Shown piece by piece: positions 7,706 to 15,448 of a stretch of DNA of 23,883 nt. The notes beneath the pieces are model-generated. The model had not been told where the DNA came from. It saw only the letters and a program-made list of their open reading frames with translations, and searched no databases. The DNA comes from Ignavibacteria bacterium (GTDB lineage Bacteria > Elusimicrobiota > Endomicrobiia > PHAN01), in contig JBGFRZ010000047.1 of assembly GCA_041694835.1 (NCBI GenBank), positions 1 to 23,883 of the forward strand, written 5' to 3'. Positions within the stretch are counted from its first letter, which is position 1, and each line of letters opens with the position of its first letter. Both the position numbers and the translations under genes were made by a program.

Positions 7706-9329
7706 ATTCTAGATATTCGCTTAAAAATTTTGCAATCCTTTCAACCACTTTTTGTTTGCCAAGAAGTTCAAGCAAGTCAAAAAGTCCGGGGCCATACATT
7801 CTTCCCGAAACCGCCACCCTTACGGGATGAAATGCCCTGGATGTTTTGATGCCATTAAGTTCACAGAAATTTCTTACGGATTTTTCGAGAAGAACTTTTG
7901 AGAAATCGTTGCAATTTTCAAAGATGGGCAACAAATCGCGCAGTATCTTGTCTGCGTTTTCATCTTTTAGAACTTTTTCTAGCGCAGAACTTTCATATTT
8001 TACATCATTTAAGACGAAAAAGTCAATTATGTTGGGAACATCGCTGAGCAGTTTTATTTTTTCTTTCTCGGTGCGAAGAATTTTTATAATTAGTCCGGGA
8101 TTATCCATAGGCAGAGCGGCGTTCGTTATAAACGGAATTGACTTCTTATATATTTCTTCGGCGGAGAGTTTTTTAAGGTATTCCATATTGAGCCACTGAA
8201 GTTTTTGTATGTCAAAAATAGCGGGGCTTTTTGAACATTTCTCAAGCGAGAATTTATTGAGCAGTTCGTCTAATTCAAAAATTTGCTGGCTGTCCGATGT
8301 TGACCAGCCAAGAAGCGCAAGATAATTGATAAGTGCCACATTGAGATATCCGTCATTCTTGTATTCCAAAACGCTCGTGTGTCCATGCCTTTTTGAAAGT
8401 CGACTTCCGTCGGGACCAAGTATCATAGAAAGATGAGCGAATTGCGGCAACTCCCAGTTCAAGGCATTGTAGAGATGAATTTGTCGCGGCGTGTTTGAGA
8501 GATGGTCGTCGCCTCTTATTACATGCGATATCTCCATCAGTTTATCGTCTATGGTGCATGCGAAGTTGTATGTGGGAACTCCCGACGCTTTCAGAATAAC
8601 AAAATCGTCCAGCAATGTGTTTTCAAATTCAAGATGTCCGCGGACAATGTCGTCAAACGCGATTTTTCCTTCCCGCGGCATCTTAAATCTTATTACAGCA
8701 TTCTGTCCCCCGCCATCTGTTCTCACTCCTCTATTCCTGCATCTTCCGTCGTATTTAGGGGGAAGTTTTTTTGATTGTTGCTCTTCGCGCATTGTTTTGA
8801 GTTCTTCGGGAGTGCAGTAACAGTAGTATGCTTTTCCGTTGGAAATAAGTTGTTTGGCGTATTTTTTGTAGATGTCGAGCCGCTCCATTTGGAAATAAGG
8901 CCCATACGAACCAAGTTGAGAGTTGAGAGTTGAGGGGTGAGAGGTGAGAGGTGAGAGGTGAGAGTTGAGAGATGAGAGTTGAGAGATGAGGGGTGGGGGG
9001 TGAGTTTTTTCTCTGTCCCCCGTTTTCTGTCCTCTGACCTCTGTCCTCTGTCCTCTGACCTCTGTCCCCTGTCCTCTGACCTCTGTTCTCTGTCCCCTGT
9101 CCTCTATTTTCGGGCCTTCGTCCCAATTTAAACCCAGCCATTGCATACTTTCAATTATTGCTCTTATCGATTCATCCGTTGAGCGGGCTTCGTCGGTATC
9201 CTCGATTCTTAAAATAAATGCGCCTCCGTTTTTCTTTGCAAACAGCCAGTTAAAAAGAGCGGTTCTTGCTCCGCCGATGTGCAAATATCCCGTCGGAGAA
9301 GGCGCAAATCTGACTCGGATTTTGTTCAT
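7683..9329 (-). CDS. gltX: Glutamate--tRNA ligase with a 66-aa repeat-derived insertion
   Basis: Motifs RVRFAPSPTG.LHIGG (HIGH), LRIEDTD, SHVIRGDDH and RLSKR (KMSKS equivalent), plus a C-terminal anticodon-binding domain. Confidence 0.96.
   Translation of the reverse strand: MNKIRVRFAPSPTGYLHIGGARTALFNWLFAKKNGGAFILRIEDTDEARSTDESIRAIIESMQWLGLNWDEGPKIEDRGQRTEVRGQGTEVRGQRTEVRGQKTGDREKTHPPPLISQLSSLNSHLSPLTSHPSTLNSQLGSYGPYFQMERLDIYKKYAKQLISNGKAYYCYCTPEELKTMREEQQSKKLPPKYDGRCRNRGVRTDGGGQNAVIRFKMPREGKIAFDDIVRGHLEFENTLLDDFVILKASGVPTYNFACTIDDKLMEISHVIRGDDHLSNTPRQIHLYNALNWELPQFAHLSMILGPDGSRLSKRHGHTSVLEYKNDGYLNVALINYLALLGWSTSDSQQIFELDELLNKFSLEKCSKSPAIFDIQKLQWLNMEYLKKLSAEEIYKKSIPFITNAALPMDNPGLIIKILRTEKEKIKLLSDVPNIIDFFVLNDVKYESSALEKVLKDENADKILRDLLPIFENCNDFSKVLLEKSVRNFCELNGIKTSRAFHPVRVAVSGRMYGPGLFDLLELLGKQKVVERIAKFLSEYLEYGEEDKS
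8913..9110 (-). repeat. In-frame two-arm heptamer element inside gltX: (ACAGAGG/TCAGAGG)n - spacer - (CTCTCAA/CTCTCAC)n
   Basis: 198 nt between the codons for WDEGP and GSYGPY. Heptamer periodicity is clear on both arms. Confidence 0.93.
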
Positions 9330-9335
9330 AGTTAA

Positions 9336-9462
9336 GCAAATAGCGGATAGAGATGAGAGGTGAGAGTTGAGAGTTGAGAGATGAGGGGAGGGGGTTGAGT
9401 TTTTTCTCTGTCCCCCGTTTTCTGTCCTCTGACCTCTGTTCTCTGACCTCTGTCCTCTGACT
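9336..9462 (-). repeat. Second copy of the same two-arm heptamer element, directly upstream of gltX
   Basis: Shares an approximately 70-nt core (gagagttgagagatgagggg...tgagttttttctctgtcccccgttttctgtcctctgacctctgt) with 8974-9044, with 2 mismatches. Confidence 0.9.
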
Positions 9463-9503
9463 TGTGCTCTGTTGCTTGAATCTATACCTCTCTACCTATG
9501 CTA

Positions 9504-10361
9504 TTATTTTGCGCATCTAAACCCGACGTCGTATCTGACTTCGTCGGGTTTTATAATATCGCGTATATAGACGGCGGCCAGAGTTTTCGATGTTTTGAAA
9601 GATCCACCTCTTACAACGATGTACATCTTTCCGAATTTGTCGTTTTTATAGATGCAACCCGGGTATGGCTGGAAAAAAGAGTCGGTTATTTCCTTCGCGT
9701 TGCCCGCCATATCTAAGCATCCGTAAGGGCTTTTACCTTCAACAAATACGCCCGTTTTTTTGAGCCATCCCAGACCGAGCCACGAACTAACGTTTGCCAA
9801 GTTGTCATACCATGTTCCTCCCCAAGGATAGCGTCTTCCGTCGATGCCCCTCGCCGCTTTTTCCCATTCCATTTCGGTGGGGAGCCTTTTGCCTGCCCAT
9901 TTGGCGTATAAATGAGCGTCATAGTAGGAGACATTTGTAACGGGATAATCGTCTGTTCCGCCCGGAAAGTCGCCGTTTTTCCAGTGCCTCGGTGGTCTAT
10001 GCTTCGTAGCGTCGATGAATCTTTTATACTGAACGTTTGTGACTTCATATTTATCGATATGGAAGCTGTCGATGTATATTTTTCTTCTCGGGCCTTCGTA
10101 AGGAAAACTCTCGTTCGTTCCCATAATAAACTCACCGGCAGGCACAAAGACCATTCCAGGGATTTCTCGCTGTTTTTTGTCTGCGGCATAAAGACATTTG
10201 TAAGATGAGAAAGTGATAAAGTGACAAAGTAAAAAAGTAAAAAGTAAAAAGTGGAAAAAACATAAAGTATAAAACACAGATAGTTTTAAACACTTTCTGT
10301 TTTCAGCTTTTCGCATTTGTTTTTTGGCCTGTGCCTCGCACCGTACTCTCGGATTTATCAT
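9504..10361 (-). CDS. Formylglycine-generating-enzyme (SUMF1/EgtB/PvdO) family protein; the true start may be ATG at 10316
   Basis: Motifs MVFVPAGEFIMG, F.IDKYEVTN.QY..F, PVTNVS..DA..YA.WAGKRLPTE.EWEKAARG, DMAGN, RGGS and GFRCA. Confidence 0.92.
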   Translation of the reverse strand: MINPRVRCEAQAKKQMRKAENRKCLKLSVFYTLCFFHFLLFTFLLCHFITFSSYKCLYAADKKQREIPGMVFVPAGEFIMGTNESFPYEGPRRKIYIDSFHIDKYEVTNVQYKRFIDATKHRPPRHWKNGDFPGGTDDYPVTNVSYYDAHLYAKWAGKRLPTEMEWEKAARGIDGRRYPWGGTWYDNLANVSSWLGLGWLKKTGVFVEGKSPYGCLDMAGNAKEITDSFFQPYPGCIYKNDKFGKMYIVVRGGSFKTSKTLAAVYIRDIIKPDEVRYDVGFRCAK

Positions 10362-10765
10362 CTCATCAGTTTCTCTATAAGTTTGTTGATAGATTCCACA
10401 AGCGATTTCAACGTGTCTTTTTTTCTAAGTGTCAAAAGATGGTAATTATTGCTATCGACCATCTGCTCCATCTCCTTGCTTAGTCGCCCGAGAGGTCCAA
10501 CAAATCTATGCAGATGTATCACAATCAAGACGGTTATGAGTAAAAATATCACGAAAAGTTGCGCCATCAGTAAAATCCCAAATCGCATTATCTCGGCTTT
10601 GGTGTCGGAAAGAGCTATGAACGGCAAGACTGTGTTCAGAAAAGAGTAAATTTGCCATTCGATGATAAGGATTATCAAAAGAAACGCTCCAGCGATGATG
10701 TATACGGGTTTCATCTGGAATTTTTTTTCGACAAGATATTTTTTTCTTCTTTCAGCAGCGGTCAT
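10358..10765 (-). CDS. Two-TM membrane protein with a HAMP-like C-terminus
   Basis: 135 aa with RRKKYLV.K.FQ, two hydrophobic segments and HR..GPL.RL...LRK.D.L..L...IN. GGAGG lies upstream. Confidence 0.7.
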   Translation of the reverse strand: MTAAERRKKYLVEKKFQMKPVYIIAGAFLLIILIIEWQIYSFLNTVLPFIALSDTKAEIMRFGILLMAQLFVIFLLITVLIVIHLHRFVGPLGRLSKEMEQMVDSNNYHLLTLRKKDTLKSLVESINKLIEKLMR

Positions 10766-10829
10766 AAAACCTCCATTCCGCCAATGCGGAAACTAAAGCT
10801 TAAGAGTTAAAATTAAACAAAATATTTTC

Positions 10830-11000
10830 GGCTCTTCTCCAAATGTTGTTGTAACATTGGGTAAAGATTTTGCAAAAACAAAGTATTTTCGCTCATTCTC
10901 GTCCCGATAAATCGGGAGCGGGGTAATCAAGTGTTCACACTTGATTAAACCCGCTCAAACACTTTGTTTTTATACGCACAACAAAAAATGGAGAAGACCC
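10830..11000. mobile_element. MITE-like element, copy 1 (171 bp)
   Basis: Imperfect terminal inverted repeats GGCTCTTCTCCAAATGTTGTTGT / ACAACAAAAAATGGAGAAGACCC. Internal hairpins AAAAACAAAGT..ACTTTGTTTTT, TCCCGA-TAAA-TCGGGA and AATCAAGTGT-TC-ACACTTGATT. Confidence 0.82.
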
Positions 11001-11350
11001 TTAATATCTACCAAATCTGCGAAAATCTGCGTCCTAAAAAATAATTGAACGCAGATGAACGCAGATGAGAAAAGATTTGAATCACGAAAGCGCGAAAACA
11101 CGAAAATACTTGTAAAGAATTTTGTGATTTCTAATTTTCGTGATTTCGTGGTAAAGTTTTTAATCTGCGATAATCCTGTAAATCTGCGTCCTAAAAAATA
11201 ATTGAACGCAGATGAACGCAGAAATAACTTTGATAAACGCAGATTAAAACAACTATAAACCCATCCGCGAAAGTCCGCGTCCTATTTCTGCTCCGTTTTT
11301 TTATTTTTGGACGCAGATAAATACCGATGTTGACAAAAGTTTTTAATATC
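11001..11350. repeat. Array of inverted decamer elements (RACGCAGAT...ATCYGCGTCC) enclosing an octamer element (CACGAAA...TTTCGTG)
   Basis: Units are directly visible, with an exact 43-bp direct repeat at 11023-11065 and 11180-11222. The segment begins and ends with TTAATATC. Confidence 0.85.
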
Positions 11351-11553
11351 GGCTCTTCTCCAAATGTTGTTGTAACATTGGGTAAGGATTTTGCAATACC
11401 GCTATGATGTGTGTGGGGTTATGTAAAAACAAAGTATTTTCGCTCATTCTCGTCCCGATAAATCGGGACTGCGAGGCAATCAAGTGTTCACACTTGATTA
11501 AATCCGCTCAAACACTTTGTTTTTATACGCACAACAAAAAATGGAGAAGACCC
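11351..11553. mobile_element. MITE-like element, copy 2 (203 bp), direct orientation
   Basis: Same termini and hairpins as 10830-11000, plus about 30 extra nt near 11397-11425. Confidence 0.82.
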
Positions 11554-11572
11554 ATATTTTTAACCTTTAACC

Positions 11573-14569
11573 TTATCTACCTTCTCTCAGTTTGGCAGCG
11601 GCCATTTTTCTTAAGACCGGGTCCGGGTCGTTAGCAGATATATATTTTAACGCCGTAAGAACTCTCGGATTTTTTATGTCAATCAGTGATTCGATAGCTT
11701 TTTGCCTGTATGCAGGATTTTCTTCCTTCAGCGCGCGCACTGTAAGATTGATGGACGCTTCCGACTTTAGATTTTTCAGTTGTTCTATAACCCACATCTT
11801 TAATTCAGGTTTGTTTAGAACATAAAGTTTTTCAAGCTCTGGGATGTCGCTTTCGTCTATAAGTTTGGATAAAACAGCCAAAAATTCATGGTTTTCTTTT
11901 CTGTTCCGGGGGTTTAAAAATTTCGCCATGTTAAAAAGAACGGGATTCGCTTCATGTAAGTTCAATTTAGGAATGATACCGAGGGCGTAATTGCGTGAGT
12001 GCCAGTTTTCGTCGTTAAGGGCTTTTAATATATACGGCAGATGAGATTTGTTCAATATCGAATCGAGAATAGATTTCGCTTCATCTCTGACCGAGGAATC
12101 GCTGTCTTTAACGAGGTTGAAATATATGTATATCGTTTTTTCATCGTTATCACCCATCTGAAAAAGCGCTTTCACAGCGTTTTTTCTGCACTCGGGATAT
12201 ATGTCTTTTTCGGCCATTTTTCTCAAACTCGAAATCGCGTCCCGGACATTCGCTTTGCCCATGATTTTTGCGGAGAGAGTTCTTATCGACATGTCATTAT
12301 CAGAAAGCATGGTCTGGATTTTTTTTAGTGCTTCTTCATTTACTATATTCTCTATCGCAAGAAGAGCGTTTTGTCTTACAGAAATATCCGTGTCGCCGAG
12401 GAGCGGGATTATTTTGGTGGCGTGCTCAAATCTCGGGTTCTTTGCCATGAACTTTAAAGCCTCCTCTCTTACAGATGGATTTGCGTCAGAAAGCGCCCCT
12501 AGAATATCATCGGAGACATCCGTTTTTTGTGTTTCGTTTATCGCTTTTGATGCCATCCATCGTATCTCGGGGTTTTTGTCTTTCAGCGCAAGCATCAAAA
12601 ATGGATGAGGCTCTGCCATTTTTAAATTTCTTATTACCTCAATAAGCGAATATCTGATTTCGGTGTCCGACTTTTCGTAGTCTATGTATTCGAGATTTTT
12701 GGCGAATTTCTTTGAAGGGAATCTTTTTAACACCCCGAGTATAAAAAGCCGCATTTGCTTTTTTTGTATTTTAAGATGTTCTGAAAGCTCAACGACATCT
12801 TGCTCGTTTTTGACGATTTTTTCTATAGCGTCTTTGGCTCTGAGAGAAACCTCTATATTTTTATCGTTAGCCGCCCTTGCGAGATGGGGAATGGCCGAGG
12901 TGTCGGCGCGAGATGAGAGTATCTCTATAGCCTGAAATTTGATTTCGTCCGGATGTTTCTCTAAAAAGTGAAAAGCCAGTGTGTAAGGCGCGGGCACAAG
13001 TTTATCCATTGTTTTTAATACCTCTTTTTTGACGGACGCATCAGTTTCTTTTTTAACGAATATTTCAAGCACTTCCACCGATTCCCCATATTTTATTTTT
13101 GATATTTTTTCCAGGCACCGCAAGGCTGCTATCCTCGTCTGCGGAGATTTGGACATTGCGGCTTTTTTTATTTCCGGCAGGTTATCTTGGGAAGATATCG
13201 AGTACATCGCTTCCGTAAGCACTTCCGAAACATATTTGTTGCTCTCGTTTTCGATGGCCGATATCAGAAAATGAAACATCGTGCTTTCTTCGGATATTTT
13301 TATCAGTGCACCTGCATTTTTTCTTCTGATGGGATTCTTTGAGTTAAGCTCCGTTATTAAATAATAAATGAATTTTTTATCGAAGAGCTTTTGAAGGTTG
13401 CTCTCGGCCGCGGTTCTTACTTTTTTGTCGGGGTCGTCAAGCATTGAAAATATCATTGGGAAGGCGTCTTTTTCTCCTATGTCGCAGATGTTCTCGACGC
13501 AAAATGCCCGAATTTTAGGCGAACCCATCTTCAGAGCCGCAATCCAATAAACGAGCGAGTCGCTGCCATCAAGATTTTTTAGTATGGATGGTATATTTTT
13601 TTGTATTTTCTCGTCCCTGTCCAAGAGAAGAGAGAGCGTCTTTCCTATGAAAGGGTAGTATCCGATTTTGGATATCGTTCTTGCGGCTTCAAGCCGTATT
13701 TCCGGAATCTCGTCTTTCAGATATTTTTCAAGTATTACAAGTGAGATTTTATTTTTTCCGAATTTGTGTAAAATCCTTGAAATGGCGTATCTTATGTTGT
13801 CATTTTCGACGGATATCGATTTAAAATAGTCGATAACTTCTTCGCGTTCGAAACTGCTTATCAGATCAAGCGTTTCATATACCAGGGTTGTTTCGTTTTT
13901 TGCTGTTGACACAAACGTTTTAAGCGTTTGAAAAGTGAAATCGTCTTTATTTGAAAGAATGATTTTTCTTGCAAGATCTTTAACCTCTGCATCGCTGTCG
14001 TCGAGTAGCGGAAGTATATGTTTTAAATAATCGTTCCTTAAATACGCGGTTATGCCTTTTAGTCCGGCTTCCCTCACCGAATTATCCGGGTCGATGAGCG
14101 CCGCTCTCAATATGCCGAAAGATTCGGGCGACTTCATCTGTGACATTTTTTCAACAGCATCTTTTCTTCTGTCGGGTTGCCCAAGCTCGAACTGGGATTT
14201 CAGAGCGTTGAAATCCTGAGCATTTAATGGAGGGAGCAGAGAATAGCAAATAGCGAATAGCGACGTAGCAATATAGCGACGTAGCGACACGGCAAACAGC
14301 GAATAGCGGATAGAGATGAGAGGTGAGAGGTGAGGGGTGAGAGAATAAAATGCCGTAAAGCGGAAAGCGTAAATGGTGAAGGGTGAGAGAATAAAATGCC
14401 GTAAAGCGGAAAGCGTAAAGGGTGAAGGGTGAGAGATAAAATATCGCGAAGCGTAAAGCGTGAAGAGGGAACGGCTTTTAACTCTTTCCGCTTCCCGCTT
14501 TCCGATATACGCTTCCCGCTTCCCGCTTTCCGTTTTCTGTCCTCTGACCTCTGTCCTCTGTCTTTTCAT
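11573..14569 (-). CDS. Large HEAT-repeat protein with a repeat-derived N-terminus; the true start is uncertain
   Basis: Many L.D.D..VR..A...L units over about 880 aa. The ATG lies 9 nt after the hisG stop. Confidence 0.88.
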   Translation of the reverse strand: MKRQRTEVRGQKTESGKREAYIGKREAERVKSRSLFTLYASRYFISHPSPFTLSALRHFILSPFTIYAFRFTAFYSLTPHLSPLISIRYSLFAVSLRRYIATSLFAICYSLLPPLNAQDFNALKSQFELGQPDRRKDAVEKMSQMKSPESFGILRAALIDPDNSVREAGLKGITAYLRNDYLKHILPLLDDSDAEVKDLARKIILSNKDDFTFQTLKTFVSTAKNETTLVYETLDLISSFEREEVIDYFKSISVENDNIRYAISRILHKFGKNKISLVILEKYLKDEIPEIRLEAARTISKIGYYPFIGKTLSLLLDRDEKIQKNIPSILKNLDGSDSLVYWIAALKMGSPKIRAFCVENICDIGEKDAFPMIFSMLDDPDKKVRTAAESNLQKLFDKKFIYYLITELNSKNPIRRKNAGALIKISEESTMFHFLISAIENESNKYVSEVLTEAMYSISSQDNLPEIKKAAMSKSPQTRIAALRCLEKISKIKYGESVEVLEIFVKKETDASVKKEVLKTMDKLVPAPYTLAFHFLEKHPDEIKFQAIEILSSRADTSAIPHLARAANDKNIEVSLRAKDAIEKIVKNEQDVVELSEHLKIQKKQMRLFILGVLKRFPSKKFAKNLEYIDYEKSDTEIRYSLIEVIRNLKMAEPHPFLMLALKDKNPEIRWMASKAINETQKTDVSDDILGALSDANPSVREEALKFMAKNPRFEHATKIIPLLGDTDISVRQNALLAIENIVNEEALKKIQTMLSDNDMSIRTLSAKIMGKANVRDAISSLRKMAEKDIYPECRKNAVKALFQMGDNDEKTIYIYFNLVKDSDSSVRDEAKSILDSILNKSHLPYILKALNDENWHSRNYALGIIPKLNLHEANPVLFNMAKFLNPRNRKENHEFLAVLSKLIDESDIPELEKLYVLNKPELKMWVIEQLKNLKSEASINLTVRALKEENPAYRQKAIESLIDIKNPRVLTALKYISANDPDPVLRKMAAAKLREGR
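14238..14562 (-). repeat. Composite of several heptamer/octamer repeat families plus a 46-bp tandem duplication, all in frame in the HEAT ORF
   Basis: On +: GCRAATA and TAGCGACG units, then TGAGAGG units, a 46-bp unit at 14335-14380 and 14381-14426, AAAGCG units inverted to CGCTTYC units, then CCTCTGW units. Confidence 0.9.
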
Positions 14570-14578
14570 CTCTACTCT

Positions 14579-15448
14579 CTAATATATCACTTTATTAAGT
14601 GGATATTCAATAATCCCTTCCGCTCCTAGACGCTTTAACTTCGGAATTATTTTCTTTACGACGGATTCTTCTATCACTACTTCTAACGCGATCCAGCCCT
14701 TCATTGTTAGATAAGAGACTGTAGGTTTCTTCAGCGCCGGAAGCTCTCCGAGTATTGTCTTGAGATTTTTTTCTTCAAGATTCATCTTGAGTCCGACGAG
14801 TCCTTCAGCGTTCAATGCCCCTGTCAGCAGTATGCTCAAATTTTCAAGCTTCTCCCTTTTCCACGCATTTTTCCATGATTTCTTGTTCGCTATAAGGCGC
14901 GTTGTCGAAAAAAGAAGCTCGTCGACTATTCTGAGTTTGTTCGCCCGCAGAGATGAGCCCGTTTCGGTGAGTTCAACTATGGCGTCGACAAGCGAGGGGG
15001 TTTTGGCTTCGGTCGCTCCCCATGAAAACTCTACTTCGACATTTATCTTTTTTTTCTCGAAATATTTTTTGGTGAAGTTTATGAGTTCGGTTGCAATTCT
15101 TTTCCCGCTAAGGTCTTTGATTGAGCGTATTCTTGAGTTTTCCGGGACCGCCAGAACCCATCTTACCGGCTTGAACCCGGATTTCGCATAAAGCAGTTCG
15201 CAGATTTCCATGATATTCACATCCGACTCGAGTATCCAGTCATAACCCGTTATCCCGGCATCAAAGACTCCATCCTCGACATATTTCGGTATTTCCTGCG
15301 CCCTTACAAGCATTATTTCGAGTTCCTCGTCGTCGCAGTTGGGAAAGTAAGAACGTTCCGAGGATCTTATTTTTATCCCGGCTTTCCTGAAAATTTCAAT
15401 CGTCGATTCCTGTAAACTTCCTTTTGGGAGCGCAAGTTTAAGCTTCAT
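14579..15448 (-). CDS. hisG: ATP phosphoribosyltransferase (long form)
   Basis: Motifs LKLALPKGSL, RAQEIP.YV..G..DAGITG.D, RIATE, GATE and DAIVELTETGSSLRAN.L, plus the C-terminal regulatory domain (LPALKKPTVS...GAEGII). Confidence 0.96.
   Translation of the reverse strand: MKLKLALPKGSLQESTIEIFRKAGIKIRSSERSYFPNCDDEELEIMLVRAQEIPKYVEDGVFDAGITGYDWILESDVNIMEICELLYAKSGFKPVRWVLAVPENSRIRSIKDLSGKRIATELINFTKKYFEKKKINVEVEFSWGATEAKTPSLVDAIVELTETGSSLRANKLRIVDELLFSTTRLIANKKSWKNAWKREKLENLSILLTGALNAEGLVGLKMNLEEKNLKTILGELPALKKPTVSYLTMKGWIALEVVIEESVVKKIIPKLKRLGAEGIIEYPLNKVIY

Noticed and set aside
8913-9110. Intein or group I/II intron in gltX
   Set aside because: There are no intein terminal residues (C/S...HN) and no intron core motifs; the insert is purely heptamer-derived.
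10830-11553. CRISPR array
   Set aside because: There are only two long repeats and two 43-bp repeats, with no regular unique spacers and no cas genes. TIR/TSD structure explains the region better.
11404-11634. 76-aa ORF in MITE copy 2
   Set aside because: It lies in a hairpin-rich non-coding repeat, overlaps the HEAT gene antisense and has no recognisable motif.
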